64,000 bases of DNA from Alistipes sp. (lineage in GTDB: Bacteria > Bacteroidota > Bacteroidia > Bacteroidales > Rikenellaceae): contig JAZLBJ010000021.1 of assembly GCA_045613645.1 (NCBI GenBank), forward strand, positions 10,020 to 74,019, in the 5' to 3' direction. The first letter of the stretch is position 1, and the number at the start of each line of letters is the position of its first letter. The notes under the pieces are model-generated. The model was not told where the DNA came from and did no database searches. It was given only the letters and a program-made list of their open reading frames with translations. This document shows positions 46,718-58,071 of this stretch, in pieces. Made by a program: the position numbers and the translations under genes.

Positions 46718-47452
46718 TTACTTCTCAATCTCGAATACCGAGCGTACTGTTACACGAGCCTTCTTCTCGCGTGATGAGAGGTTGAAAGAGCCTCCTGCCG
46801 AGAACTCCTCGTCACCCTTAGCTGCGGTAATCTGGAAGACACCCGCACGCGACTCCTTGAGTTTACCGAGCTTAGCACCCGAGTTAGCTGCAATGTTATA
46901 GGCTCGGTCACGAGCATCTGATGCGGCCTTAGACAAGAGGTCGAGCTTCACAGACTCGAGCTTCGAGAAGTAGTACATAGGATCATAGACGCTAATGTTA
47001 AGACCGTTGGCAATAAGCGATGGCAGCTCACGGCTAGCGCTCTCCACAACATCTACATTTGTAGACTCGATAACAAAGGGCTGCACGGTGTTATAGTGCG
47101 AGAATATGTAACCTGCCCACTCGCCATCAACATATTGCGCAGTCTCAACAGGGTGTGTCGAAGGCATGCTGAAGGTTATCTCATCGGCACTAACGCCCTT
47201 AGCAGCAAGGAAGTCAACAAGCATCTGACGATCCTCCTGCATCTTTACATACGAGGCACTAGCATCCTCATTCTTCGACGAGATGCTACCATGTATGACA
47301 ATTAAATCAGAGGTAAACTCAGTCTCGCCCAAGCCCGTTACGGTGATTGTGCCCGCTGCCGAGCGATGCTTCTCGGTGTATGCCATAGATAGGATTATAG
47401 CTGATACGATTACAGCCACCGAGACGATAACATACTTCCAAAGATTCTTCAT
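46718..47452 (-). CDS. SIMPL (DUF541) domain protein
   Basis: ITVTGLGE, ASDARDRAYNIA..SG.KLG, GVFQIT. Confidence 0.85.
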   Translation of the reverse strand: MKNLWKYVIVSVAVIVSAIILSMAYTEKHRSAAGTITVTGLGETEFTSDLIVIHGSISSKNEDASASYVKMQEDRQMLVDFLAAKGVSADEITFSMPSTHPVETAQYVDGEWAGYIFSHYNTVQPFVIESTNVDVVESASRELPSLIANGLNISVYDPMYYFSKLESVKLDLLSKAASDARDRAYNIAANSGAKLGKLKESRAGVFQITAAKGDEEFSAGGSFNLSSREKKARVTVRSVFEIEK

Positions 47453-47517
47453 AAACTATAACATTGTGCCGCACCCTGTGCAGCGTAATTAATTTTCTAA
47501 AGAGTGCTCATCAATGA

Positions 47518-48615
47518 CTATACATTGAAGAGGAAGTGCATGATGTCGCCATCCTCAACAACATACTCCTTACCCTCGATGCCAATCTTACCCACATCTC
47601 TACAAGCACGCTCCGAGCCAAGCTCCACATAGTCGGCATACTTGATAACTTCGGCACGGATGAAGCCACGCTCGAAGTCAGTGTGGATGATACCTGCAGT
47701 CTCAGGAGCCTTCATACCGCGACGGAATGTCCATGCACGACTCTCATCAGCACCAGTGGTGAAGAATGTCTGAAGGTCGAGAAGACGGTAGGCGGCCTTA
47801 ATCAAACGGCTCACGCCTGACTCCTCCAAGCCCATATCCTGCAAGAACAACTGACGCTCCTCGTAGCTCTCCAACTCAGCGATGTCGGCCTCGGCAGAGG
47901 CTGCAACGATAAGCATCTCGGCACGCTCGCTGGCAATAGCAGCACGCACAGCCTCGGTGTGTACATTACCTGATACAGCAGAAGCCTCGTCTACATTACA
48001 AACATACAACACGGGCTTGTCGGTAAGGAGATTCAAATCCCAAACGGCCTTACGCTCCTCGGCGCTAAGCTCCACAGTACGAGCTGAGAGGCCCTGCTCC
48101 AAAGCCTCCTTATAGCGACACAAGATGTCATACTGACGCTTAGCATTCTTATCGCCTGCGGTAGCCTGCTTCTGACACTTACCTATGCGGTTCTCGATAG
48201 TCTCAAGGTCTTTAAGCTGAAGCTCCGTATCGATGATACCCTTATCGCGCACAGGGTCAACAGTGCCGTCAACATGAGTAATATTCTCATTCTCGAAGCA
48301 GCGCAACACATGGATGATAGCATTGGTGTTACGGATGTTGGCAAGGAACTTATTACCAAGGCCCTCACCCTTAGATGCACCCTTCACCAAGCCAGCGATA
48401 TCGACAATCTCGATGGTTGTTGGCACAACACGCTTAGGATTATCAATCTCAACGAGCTTAGTAAGACGCTCATCGGGGACGGTGATAACGCCCACATTGG
48501 GCTCTATAGTACAGAAGGGGAAGTTTGCCGCCTGCGCACGAGCGTTAGACAAACAGTTAAAAAGTGTCGACTTACCAACATTTGGTAGTCCTACAATTCC
48601 ACATTGTAATGCCAT
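47518..48615 (-). CDS. ychF: Redox-regulated ATPase YchF
   Basis: [32 protein letters not shown] domain ending HFLFNV. Confidence 0.97.
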   Translation of the reverse strand: MALQCGIVGLPNVGKSTLFNCLSNARAQAANFPFCTIEPNVGVITVPDERLTKLVEIDNPKRVVPTTIEIVDIAGLVKGASKGEGLGNKFLANIRNTNAIIHVLRCFENENITHVDGTVDPVRDKGIIDTELQLKDLETIENRIGKCQKQATAGDKNAKRQYDILCRYKEALEQGLSARTVELSAEERKAVWDLNLLTDKPVLYVCNVDEASAVSGNVHTEAVRAAIASERAEMLIVAASAEADIAELESYEERQLFLQDMGLEESGVSRLIKAAYRLLDLQTFFTTGADESRAWTFRRGMKAPETAGIIHTDFERGFIRAEVIKYADYVELGSERACRDVGKIGIEGKEYVVEDGDIMHFLFNV

Positions 48616-48677
48616 AAATCTTATATCTTATTTTTATTCGTTATTCTCCAATCAAAGGTTTAATCACTAATGCTAAT

Positions 48678-50477
48678 TTAGTCTGCTTGCGACACATTAA
48701 CAAGCGCCTCACGATAGGCGTTGAGAATACGCGACTTTGAGATAAAGCCCACGTACTTCTGCGAATTATCCACCACAGGAAGCATCCATGTATTACACTG
48801 CTCGAAGCGCGGCATGATGCTCTGTATCGACTCGCCAACAAGAATCTTATCGGGTGGCTGCACCATATAACTCAATATCGACTCACCCCACTTATCGCGG
48901 TCGAACATGTCGTTACGAAGGTCATCGAGCTGCACAATACCCACAAGCTTACCCGAGTTATTCACAACAGGGAAGATGTTACGACGAGCTATTGAGATGA
49001 TATTCACCACATCGCCCAAAGTAGTACCCTCTCTGAGACGCACAAAGTCGGTCTCCATAAGCTCGTCGAGACGCAAGAATACGAATGCCGAAGAGTCCTT
49101 ATCGTGGGTAAGGAGCTCACCACGCATACGCAGCTGCTTGGTATATATGGAGTCGCGATTGAAGCTATAGTTCACAGCAAACGAGATACCCGAAACCACC
49201 ATCAATGGGATGAAGAGGTCGTAGCCCCTCGAAAGCTCGGCGATAAGGAATATAGAGGTGAGGGGGGCCTTCATAACGCCAGACATCACACCCGCCATAC
49301 CGACAAGCGTGAACGAAGTGATGGATACATCCCACATGAACACCTCGCGACATATCACGGCCAACGATGCACCAGCAAAGGCACCCACAAAGAGCGAAGG
49401 TGCAAAGGTACCGCCCACACCACCAGCAGCATTTGTCGTTGCCATGGTGATAACCTTGAAGAACATGACCGCAAGGAGGTAGATAATCAAGAACCAGTCG
49501 GACTCTGTAAGCGAGAGGAATAGTGTGTTGTTGAACAATTCACCTGTATTACCCGACATGAGAGCGCCGAAACTTGAGTGACCCTCACCATAGAGGGGAG
49601 GGAAGATAAAGATAAGCACACCCAGTGTGATAGCTGCATACAACCACTTACGCCACTGACTACGCACCGAGTTATAGAAACCTCCGACAAGCGAGTTCAT
49701 CGAGGTGAAGTAGTAGGCCATAATACCAGTGAAGCATCCCAGCAGGATGAATAGAGGGAGTTGCGCCACCTGGAACATATCTGCCTCACTAAGCTTTACT
49801 GCAATGATTGGCGAAAAGCCATGCAGCATCAGCGATGTGATGGTCGCTGTTACCGATGCCATAAGTAGTGGAATGACAGACTTCGAGGTGATGTCGAGCA
49901 TCAGAATCTCGATGACAAAGACCACACCCGTAATGGGGGCCTGGAAGATGGCGGCCACAGCAGCACCAGCGCCACAGCATAGCAGCAGGGTTATATTCTT
50001 GTAGTTTAGGCGCGTTAACTTGCCCACATTAGAGCCTATGGCAGCACCTGTGAGCACAATAGGAGCCTCGGGACCCACCGAACCACCAAAGCCGATGGTC
50101 GTAGCACCGCCCACCACCGATGTCCAGCAGTTGTGACTCGCGATGCGTGAGTCCTTACGCGACATGGCATAGAGCACACGCGTCACACCCTCCGAGATAC
50201 CATCCTTGACGATATACTTCACAAAGAGCGTGGCAAGGATGATACCCACACCAGGGTAGATAAGGTATAGCCACTGTGCCTGGTCAACAGGAGTCCACGA
50301 TGTCAGCGAGTGCGAGATAAAGTGGAGCAGGGTGTTGAAGACATAGGCACCAACACCTGCAAGCAGACCCACAATAACGGCCAAGATGGCCATAACCTGG
50401 GCTGTTGACAAGCGTCGTGTTGCTACATTGAAGACATTGTAAATCTTCTCACCGATATTTTGAGTGTCCTCACTCAT
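48678..50477 (-). CDS. ClC chloride channel/transporter with CBS pair
   Basis: GSVGPEAP, GGTFAPSL, multiple TM helices, C-terminal CBS domains. Confidence 0.92.
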   Translation of the reverse strand: MSEDTQNIGEKIYNVFNVATRRLSTAQVMAILAVIVGLLAGVGAYVFNTLLHFISHSLTSWTPVDQAQWLYLIYPGVGIILATLFVKYIVKDGISEGVTRVLYAMSRKDSRIASHNCWTSVVGGATTIGFGGSVGPEAPIVLTGAAIGSNVGKLTRLNYKNITLLLCCGAGAAVAAIFQAPITGVVFVIEILMLDITSKSVIPLLMASVTATITSLMLHGFSPIIAVKLSEADMFQVAQLPLFILLGCFTGIMAYYFTSMNSLVGGFYNSVRSQWRKWLYAAITLGVLIFIFPPLYGEGHSSFGALMSGNTGELFNNTLFLSLTESDWFLIIYLLAVMFFKVITMATTNAAGGVGGTFAPSLFVGAFAGASLAVICREVFMWDVSITSFTLVGMAGVMSGVMKAPLTSIFLIAELSRGYDLFIPLMVVSGISFAVNYSFNRDSIYTKQLRMRGELLTHDKDSSAFVFLRLDELMETDFVRLREGTTLGDVVNIISIARRNIFPVVNNSGKLVGIVQLDDLRNDMFDRDKWGESILSYMVQPPDKILVGESIQSIMPRFEQCNTWMLPVVDNSQKYVGFISKSRILNAYREALVNVSQAD

Positions 50478-50497
50478 ATAAAAATCTTAAAAGTTAA

Positions 50498-51616
50498 CTA
50501 TTTACGATACTCAGCAGCCTGACGCTCGATAAGCTCTCTATCCTCGAAGTAGTTGATGCGCATAGAGCGACGCACATCAGCCAATGTGTCGGCAGCAGCG
50601 GCACGCGCCTCATCGGAGCCACGACGCAAAATCTCGTAGACCTCCTCTATATGCTGCTCGTAGTGCTTACGACGCTCACGAATAGGCTCCAACATCTCCT
50701 CCAACACGGCGATAAGGAGCTTCTTACACTTAACATCACCCAAACCACCACGACGATAGTGTTCCTTCATAGCCTCAAGATTCTCGTAGTCGGGGCAATA
50801 CTTAGCAAAGTGCTCGTCAGTAGAGAAGGCATCGAGGTATGTGAACACGGTATTACCCTCAACCTTTCCTGGGTCTGTAACCTTAAGGTGATCAGGGTCA
50901 GTGTACATGCTCATAACCTTCTTCTTGACATCCTCAGCGCTATCCGAGAGGTAGATGCAGTTACCCAACGACTTCGACATCTTAGCCTTGCCATCAGTAC
51001 CTGGAAGGCGTAAACATGCCGAGTTAGTAGGCAACATAATCTGTGGCTCTACGAGAGTCTCGCCATACACCGAGTTGAACTTATGCACAATCTCGCGTGT
51101 CTGCTCAATCATAGGCTCCTGATCCTCGCCTACGGGCACGGTAGTGGCACGGAAAGCGGTGATGTCGGCAGCCTGTGATATTGGGTATGTGAAGAAGCCT
51201 ACAGGTGTTCCCTTGCGCTGCTGATTCTCATGCTCCTCACCATTCTCGGCAAAGCCACGCATCTGAATCTCGGCCTTTACGGTTGGGTTACGCTGCAAGC
51301 GCTGCACAGTGACAAGGTTCATATAGTAGAAGGCAAGCTCGGTAAGCTCGGTGACATATGACTGAATGAAGATTGTCGACTTCGTAGGGTCGATGCCACA
51401 CGATAGATAATCAAGGGCCACCTCGATAATATTCTCACGCACCTTATCGGGGTTATCAGCATTATCAGTAAGGGCCTGTGCATCGGCAATCATAATGAAA
51501 ATCTTATCATACTCGCCAGAGTTCTGCAACTCTACGCGTCGGCCCAAAGAGCCTACAAAGTGTCCTAAATGGAGCTTACCAGTTGGGCGATCACCCGTAA
51601 GAATTATCTTCTTCAT
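50498..51616 (-). CDS. trpS: Tryptophan--tRNA ligase
   Basis: [30 protein letters not shown]. Confidence 0.97.
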   Translation of the reverse strand: MKKIILTGDRPTGKLHLGHFVGSLGRRVELQNSGEYDKIFIMIADAQALTDNADNPDKVRENIIEVALDYLSCGIDPTKSTIFIQSYVTELTELAFYYMNLVTVQRLQRNPTVKAEIQMRGFAENGEEHENQQRKGTPVGFFTYPISQAADITAFRATTVPVGEDQEPMIEQTREIVHKFNSVYGETLVEPQIMLPTNSACLRLPGTDGKAKMSKSLGNCIYLSDSAEDVKKKVMSMYTDPDHLKVTDPGKVEGNTVFTYLDAFSTDEHFAKYCPDYENLEAMKEHYRRGGLGDVKCKKLLIAVLEEMLEPIRERRKHYEQHIEEVYEILRRGSDEARAAAADTLADVRRSMRINYFEDRELIERQAAEYRK

Positions 51617-51786
51617 CTCTTAATATCTTAGTCGTATTGATAGGTTAATTTCTACTCAAACACTATATATAGTGTATGCGAGCGACAAAATTAACATTTT
51701 TTTGGCGAGTTTTACAAAATTTTGCACAAAATATAAATTTTTATTATAACTTTGTGCATAGCAAACCCAATCAACTTATATAGATT

Positions 51787-52686
51787 ATGACCGTCATACA
51801 GCTTGAATACCTTATTGCGGTAGCAAATTATGGTAGTTTCTCGGTGGCTGCTGAGCACTGTTTTGTCACCCAGCCATCGCTATCAATGCAGATCAAGGCT
51901 CTTGAAGAGGAGTTGGATGTTGTACTCCTCGACCGCACCAAGAAGCCCATCATACCTACTGCCGTAGGCGAGATTGTCATAGAGCAGGCTCGCGAGGCAC
52001 TCCGCGCATATAACTACATTCGTGAGTCGGTGGCCGAGCACCGTGGCGAAACCGAGGGAAAGATGCGCCTTGGTGTTATCCCCACCATCGCCCCATACCT
52101 CCTACACAAGTTCATTCCAACCTTTGTTAAAGAGTACCCCAAGGTGGAGCTCGAGATTAGCGAGATGGTAACAGCCGACATTATCGAGGCACTCAAGCAC
52201 GACCGCATAGATGCAGCCCTTGTGGCAAGCGGAACATGTGGCGAGGGCATCACCGAGCATGACCTCTTCAGCGACCATTTCTACGCCTATGTTTCGCCCT
52301 CGCACCCTCTATTCGAACGCTCGAACATCCGCATAGAAGATATTGATTTTAAGGAACTTATTCTACTAAGCCGAGGAAACTGCATGCGTGATCAGATTTT
52401 GGAGTTATGCCAGGCGGCACGCAACATTCCTGCTCGCTTCTACTTCGAGTCGGGCTCACTCGACACGCTTATGCGAATGGTGGACTGCACATCGAGCATG
52501 ACCATCATCCCTGAGATGGCTCTTGAGTTTATTCCACTCTCGCGTCGCAACCGCGTAAAAAGCATTGCCAAGGGTGCTACATCGCGCCGTGTAGCTTTGG
52601 CAGTAAGTCGCACATATGTTAAACAATCTATAGTCGAGGCACTCACAGAAACTATCCTCAAGTGCGTCAACCAGGAGAAGGTTTAA
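51787..52686 (+). CDS. oxyR: H2O2-sensing LysR regulator OxyR
   Basis: LysR HTH, GVIPTIAPYLL, GNCMRDQILELC (both redox Cys), SGSLDTL. Confidence 0.88.
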   Translation: MTVIQLEYLIAVANYGSFSVAAEHCFVTQPSLSMQIKALEEELDVVLLDRTKKPIIPTAVGEIVIEQAREALRAYNYIRESVAEHRGETEGKMRLGVIPTIAPYLLHKFIPTFVKEYPKVELEISEMVTADIIEALKHDRIDAALVASGTCGEGITEHDLFSDHFYAYVSPSHPLFERSNIRIEDIDFKELILLSRGNCMRDQILELCQAARNIPARFYFESGSLDTLMRMVDCTSSMTIIPEMALEFIPLSRRNRVKSIAKGATSRRVALAVSRTYVKQSIVEALTETILKCVNQEKV

Positions 52687-52710
52687 ATCACTGAGATAGC
52701 AAGACTTCTG

Positions 52711-52808
52711 CGAGGGGTCTAAGGGGTTATAATAATGTCTAAAGGGAATTAATCAAGAGTTATCAGCTCTTCCCTTTTAGAACATTTTTAAACCTTTTAG
52801 ACCTTTTC
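52711..52808. repeat. Long imperfect purine/pyrimidine-skewed hairpin
   Basis: GGTCTAAGGGGTTATAATAATGTCTAAAGGGAA ... TTCCCTTTTAGAACATTTTTAAACCTTTTAGACC. Confidence 0.55.
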
Positions 52809-53030
52809 GTATATACACCTTTTACAACTCTTATAAACCCAATATTCTACCCTATGCACATCATTACTCACCCCACATTTTCGCAACAAACCATCGTTAG
52901 TTATTTGTCGTTTCGCTTTTTTTTATTATCTTTGCAAGGTTAAGATGTACGCACGATACGCGCATGCGAAAGAGAATCGAGCTAACATCAATAACAATAA
53001 ACTGATAACAAACAATTTAGATATTTAGAC

Positions 53031-53390
53031 ATGGAAAATTTGGAAAAGTTGATTAACGCAATAGTAGAGGGTATTGACGACAAGAAGGGTCAGGGTATCG
53101 TATCACTCGACCTCACAGGCTTCGATGGCGCAATTTGCTCGCATTTTGTAGTGTGTAACGCCGACTCAACAACACAGGTAGATGCCATCTCACAGAGCAT
53201 CGAGGATAAGGTCTTCGAGGTTATGGGCGAGTGGCCAGTGCGCGTTGAGGGTCGTCAGAACTCGTTTTGGATAGCTATGGACTATAGCGATGTCATCGTA
53301 CATATCTTCCAGTCGGAGTTGCGCGAGTTCTACCGCCTTGAGGAGTTGTGGGCCGACGCACCTATGAAGCGTTATGAGTTTGGAGAGTAA
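53031..53390 (+). CDS. rsfS: Ribosome silencing factor
   Basis: DDKKG..IVSLDL, WIAMDYSDVIVHIF, REFYRLEELW. -7 box at 52927-52934. Confidence 0.95.
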   Translation: MENLEKLINAIVEGIDDKKGQGIVSLDLTGFDGAICSHFVVCNADSTTQVDAISQSIEDKVFEVMGEWPVRVEGRQNSFWIAMDYSDVIVHIFQSELREFYRLEELWADAPMKRYEFGE

Positions 53391-53423
53391 TAACAGATAA
53401 AGTGAGATTGAGAGAGAAAAATT

Positions 53424-55769
53424 ATGGCGAATAGACCAAATACACCACAGATGAAACCTGGTTTCAACTTCATGTGGTTATGGCTCATAATGGGTGTATT
53501 CATCATTGGATACTCCTTCGTGGGCGACACCGACGACAGACCTGTTGTTGGTGATTGGAACATGATAGATGAGCTTGTTGAGAAGGGATATGTCGAGCGT
53601 ATCGACATTATGGATAGAGAGAAGGCGAGTGTCTACCTTACGGAGGTGGGTGCGAAATCGCTGGCTGGCGACAAGCGCTTTGCAATGCTTCCTAAGTCGG
53701 GAGCGCACATCACCTTCAACACTGGTGGTGAGTCTGAGTACACACTCAACCGCATTAAAGATGCAGAGAGCCTATACATAGCGGCATTGACCGAGGCAGA
53801 GTTTGCCCGTGCTAACAGCGCTACAACTGAGCAGAGCGACGAGAGCAGCGAGGCTACACCCGCCGTGCAGACAGAGGTAGCTGAGCAGGAGGCGAACACC
53901 GAGATACCAAGCGAGCAGGCCAAGGCTACTGAGACTAAGGATGAAGCGAACATCAACGATGAGACTGAGGTAGCTGAGCTTGATGGTGAGCCTGCCGCAG
54001 AGGAGAGCGTTAAGAGCTACGACGAGTTATACAAGCAGATTGCCGAGAGCTATAAGCCTGTCAAGGTGGTGTTTAGTCGCACCGACAAGGGCTTTTGGGA
54101 CTACGCTCTCGACTTCTTGCCATGGATACTTATCATTGCTGTATGGTTCCTCATCATGCGTAGCATGACACGAGGTGCTGGTGGCGGCGGTGGCGGCATT
54201 ATGAATGTCGGTAAGGCGCGTGCTCACATGGCAGATAAGAATAATAAGGCACGAGTAACATTCAAGGATGTTGCGGGTCTTGAGGAGGCCAAGATTGAGA
54301 TTATGGAGATTGTAGACTTCCTCAAGCGAGCTGATAAGTATCGTGCATTGGGTGCTAAGATACCTAAGGGTGCGCTCCTTGCAGGCCCTCCAGGAACAGG
54401 TAAGACATTGCTTGCTAAGGCAGTAGCAGGCGAGGCAAATGTACCATTCCTCTCAATTTCGGGTTCCGACTTTGTGGAGATGTTCGTGGGTGTTGGTGCG
54501 TCGCGTGTGCGTGACCTCTTCGACCAGGCAAAGAAGGTGGCCCCATGTATCGTCTTCATCGACGAGATTGATGCCATAGGTCGTGCGCGAGGTAAGAATG
54601 CGGGCTTCTCGGGTAACGATGAGCGAGAGAATACCCTCAACCAGCTACTCACCGAGATGGATGGTTTCCAGACGAATACTGGCATCATCGTCTTGGCAGC
54701 AACAAACCGTGTTGACATCCTCGACAAGGCGTTGATGCGTGCTGGTCGCTTCGACCGTCAGATTGAGATAGGTCTTCCTGATGTTAAGGAGCGTAAGGCT
54801 ATCTTTGATGTGCACCTCAAGAAGATAAAGCTCGACAACAAACTCGATAGAGAGTTCCTTGCCAAGCAGACACCGGGCTTCGCGGGTGCAGATATTGCCA
54901 ATGTATGTAACGAGGCAGCGCTCATAGCAGCTCGTCACAATAAGGAGTGTGTAACACAGGAGGACTTCCTCGCTGCCATCGACCGTATTGTGGGTGGTTT
55001 GGAGCGTAGAAATATGCCTATGACAGCTACCGAGCGCCGCGCTACGGCTATTCACGAGGCGGGTCACGCTGTAATCATGTGGCGTCTGAAGAACTGCGAT
55101 CCAGTGCTCAAGGTAACAATCATACCTCGTGGTCGCTCGTTGGGTGCTACATGGTATCTCCCCGAGGAGCGCGTAAACCACAATGTGGAGCACTTCATGC
55201 ACAAGATGGCTGGCATGCTTGGTGGTCGTATCGCCGAGCAGGAGCTAATGTCAATCACAAGCACTGGCGCTATCAACGACTTGGAGCGCACCTCGAAGAT
55301 GGCATATGCTATGGTGGCATACTACGGCATGAGCCCTGCGGTGGGTAACATCAGTTTCTACGACTCAACAGGTCAGCGCGACATGTTCACCAAGCCATTC
55401 TCTGAGAAGACTGCCGAGCTTATTGACAGCGAGGTACGCCGTCTTGTAGACGAGGCTGTGGTTGAGGCTCGAAGAATCATCAACGAGGAGCGAGTGAACA
55501 TCGAGCGTCTTGCCGACATGCTTATTGCCAAGGAGACTATATTCTCGGAGGATATCGAGACTATCTTGGGTAAGAGCGCACAGCAGATAGAGAAGGAGCT
55601 TCACACTGAGGAGAAGACTATAATTGCTCGTACCGACGACAATGACAACAAGAACACCTCAACTGATGATATTGAGGAGGCTATAGTTGTAGAGCAGGTC
55701 GACAATGAGGATGTGGAGATTAAGTATGAGATAACCCCCGAAAGGGATAAAAACGATAAGGAGGAGTAG
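53424..55769 (+). CDS. ftsH: ATP-dependent zinc metalloprotease FtsH
   Basis: Two TM helices, [26 protein letters not shown]. Confidence 0.97.
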   Translation: MANRPNTPQMKPGFNFMWLWLIMGVFIIGYSFVGDTDDRPVVGDWNMIDELVEKGYVERIDIMDREKASVYLTEVGAKSLAGDKRFAMLPKSGAHITFNTGGESEYTLNRIKDAESLYIAALTEAEFARANSATTEQSDESSEATPAVQTEVAEQEANTEIPSEQAKATETKDEANINDETEVAELDGEPAAEESVKSYDELYKQIAESYKPVKVVFSRTDKGFWDYALDFLPWILIIAVWFLIMRSMTRGAGGGGGGIMNVGKARAHMADKNNKARVTFKDVAGLEEAKIEIMEIVDFLKRADKYRALGAKIPKGALLAGPPGTGKTLLAKAVAGEANVPFLSISGSDFVEMFVGVGASRVRDLFDQAKKVAPCIVFIDEIDAIGRARGKNAGFSGNDERENTLNQLLTEMDGFQTNTGIIVLAATNRVDILDKALMRAGRFDRQIEIGLPDVKERKAIFDVHLKKIKLDNKLDREFLAKQTPGFAGADIANVCNEAALIAARHNKECVTQEDFLAAIDRIVGGLERRNMPMTATERRATAIHEAGHAVIMWRLKNCDPVLKVTIIPRGRSLGATWYLPEERVNHNVEHFMHKMAGMLGGRIAEQELMSITSTGAINDLERTSKMAYAMVAYYGMSPAVGNISFYDSTGQRDMFTKPFSEKTAELIDSEVRRLVDEAVVEARRIINEERVNIERLADMLIAKETIFSEDIETILGKSAQQIEKELHTEEKTIIARTDDNDNKNTSTDDIEEAIVVEQVDNEDVEIKYEITPERDKNDKEE

Positions 55770-55771
55770 TC

Positions 55772-56626
55772 ATGAGCGATAAGATGCGTAATCTAATAGT
55801 TAGAGCTCTAAGTGGCATAGTGCTTTTTATCGTGGTGGTTGCCGCTGCTTATGGCGGTAAGTATAGCTATGGAGCACTCCTTGCTATAATACTCTTTTTG
55901 GGTATGTTGGAGTTCTTCCGCCTTGCTAAGGCAAGTGGTTGTACTCCCCAAGTTATTGGGGGTCTTGTAGCGGGATGTGTGCTCTTCGTCGGAGGCTTCA
56001 CCTACTTCTTGGGATATGAGAATACATTGGCTGCAGACTGGGCACTAATACTTGGTTGTTTGCTATACCTCGTATTGCTTATACCAGCAGTATTCGTCAT
56101 CGAGCTTTTCAAGGTATCAACAACACCTTTGCGAAACATTGCATCAACACTGATGGGCGTATGGTATATAGCCTTTCCTATCACGCTGATGCTCTTCATT
56201 CCAATGATGCTTGGCGGTGGCACATGGCGTGCTGAGGCCTTCCTCTTCTATCTCTTCATTGTATGGGCAAACGATGTATTTGCCTATCTTGTGGGTGTCG
56301 CTATTGGCAAGCACCGCATGTGTGAGCGCATATCACCCAAGAAGTCGTGGGAGGGTTTCTTTGGCGGCATCATAGGAGCTCTTGGCATGGGTGCACTTGG
56401 TGCTACAGTCGTGGGCGGTCCTATGGCTATGTGGCTCGGCCTTGCAGCCGTAGTAGCCATCACGGGTGTCTTTGGCGACCTTGTGGAGTCGATGTTCAAG
56501 CGTGAGGCTGGCGTCAAAGATTCGGGCAATATACTTCCTGGCCATGGAGGCATGCTCGACAGATTCGATGCTATACTCATTTCATCGCCCTTCGCCTTCG
56601 CATATTTGTTTATATATCTAATGTAA
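55772..56626 (+). CDS. cdsA: Phosphatidate cytidylyltransferase
   Basis: ISPKKSWEG, GDLVESMFKREAGVKDSGNILPGHGGMLDRFD. Confidence 0.96.
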   Translation: MSDKMRNLIVRALSGIVLFIVVVAAAYGGKYSYGALLAIILFLGMLEFFRLAKASGCTPQVIGGLVAGCVLFVGGFTYFLGYENTLAADWALILGCLLYLVLLIPAVFVIELFKVSTTPLRNIASTLMGVWYIAFPITLMLFIPMMLGGGTWRAEAFLFYLFIVWANDVFAYLVGVAIGKHRMCERISPKKSWEGFFGGIIGALGMGALGATVVGGPMAMWLGLAAVVAITGVFGDLVESMFKREAGVKDSGNILPGHGGMLDRFDAILISSPFAFAYLFIYLM

Positions 56627-56656
56627 TTAATAACACTAACCTAAATACTATTTGCT

Positions 56657-57331
56657 ATGAAGATTAATAAAGAGGGATACAAGATTATAGGTATCACAGG
56701 TCTTATCTGTCTTGTAATTTGGCTGTTGGCATACTGGTTTGTGAACACACCCGCAGGCTTTATGTTCTTCTTTGCCTTCTTCCTTATTATATTTTGGTTT
56801 TTCGTTGCAGCCTTCTTCCGTGAGCCACGACGAGTACAGATTCACGACGACGAACTTGTATTCTCGCCATGCGATGGTCGAGTTGTTGTTACGGAGGTGG
56901 TACACGAGCATGAGCATGTAGACTGCGAGATGTTGCAGATATCTATCTTCATGTCGGTGACCAATGTACACATGAACTGGTACCCTGTGGGTGGCGAGGT
57001 GGAGTACACCAAGCACCACCATGGTCGTTTTCTTGTAGCATGGCATCCAAAGTCATCTACCGAGAACGAGCGTGCTACAACAGTCATCAAGCTCAAGGAT
57101 GGCCGTAGAGTGCTCATGCGTCAAATTGCAGGCTTCATAGCTCGCCGTATTGTCACCTACGCTAAGCCTGGCAAGCGTGTTAAGCAGAACGACCGCTTGG
57201 GCTTCATCAAGTTTGGCTCACGCGTGGATATCCTTATTCCTAAGGATTCGGAGCTCTATGTGGAGATTGGCGATCCAGTAATTGGCTCGCAGACACCAAT
57301 CGCACGCCTTAAGCGTAAAACAAACGCATAG
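56657..57331 (+). CDS. psd: Phosphatidylserine decarboxylase proenzyme
   Basis: FFREP, SPCDG, IFMS..NVH, KFGSRVD cleavage motif. Confidence 0.94.
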   Translation: MKINKEGYKIIGITGLICLVIWLLAYWFVNTPAGFMFFFAFFLIIFWFFVAAFFREPRRVQIHDDELVFSPCDGRVVVTEVVHEHEHVDCEMLQISIFMSVTNVHMNWYPVGGEVEYTKHHHGRFLVAWHPKSSTENERATTVIKLKDGRRVLMRQIAGFIARRIVTYAKPGKRVKQNDRLGFIKFGSRVDILIPKDSELYVEIGDPVIGSQTPIARLKRKTNA

Positions 57332-57396
57332 TATCATTAGGGGATGATGTAGCCACACTACACATCCTCTTTTAATTGTAATAGAGAGTTTAAGTA

Positions 57397-57768
57397 ATGG
57401 AAATGATAAATGTTGAGGCAGAGGTAATCCACGGCAAGAAGATTGGCCGTGCCCTTGGCTTTCCCACCGCAAACATGATGATTGCGGGTTACGAAGATAT
57501 TGGCCGAGGAGTATTTCGCTCGGAGGTAGTCATAGATGGCACAACCTATCGTGCCATGTCAAACATAGGTATCCGCCCCTCTGTAGGAGGTAAGGATGTA
57601 TTGTTGGAGACCCATGTTATTGGCTTCAGCGGCGATTTGTATGGCCGTCGTCTACGCATCACTCTTATCGAACGCATCCGCGACGAGAAGCGTTTTGCCT
57701 CTATCAGCGAACTTAAGGAGCAGCTACAGCGCGACTACGACCTAATCCGTAATATGGAGGTATGGTAG
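57397..57768 (+). CDS. Stand-alone riboflavin kinase
   Basis: GRALGFPTAN, NIGIRPS, LETH..FSGDLYG, IRDEKRF; no FAD synthetase domain. Confidence 0.88.
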   Translation: MEMINVEAEVIHGKKIGRALGFPTANMMIAGYEDIGRGVFRSEVVIDGTTYRAMSNIGIRPSVGGKDVLLETHVIGFSGDLYGRRLRITLIERIRDEKRFASISELKEQLQRDYDLIRNMEVW

Positions 57769-57814
57769 TGGTCTAAGGCTGAAAAAGGAGAGTAAGCAAC
57801 CCCATTATAATGGC

Positions 57815-57847
57815 AATGCCCTGTGTTCGACACAGGGCATTAGTTTT
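57815..57847 (+). terminator. Terminator of the rsfS-ftsH operon
   Basis: AATGCCCTGTGT-TCG-ACACAGGGCATT followed by AGTTTT. Confidence 0.75.
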
Positions 57848-58071
57848 GATATCTGTTAGCAGCAACCCAGATGTTTATGGTCGCTGGGGCTATTATTGGA
57901 GATAATATTCGCAAATATCAAAAAAAATGACAAAAAAACACTATTGTGCTTGTAATAATAATCAGTAGGGCTATAGAGACATGTTCGGCGATGAAATTAA
58001 ATTCACCGCCGAAAAGTGCTATCCGTTAAGGATACTATATAACTCTATCTATAGAGACGAGGGTAGCCTAA

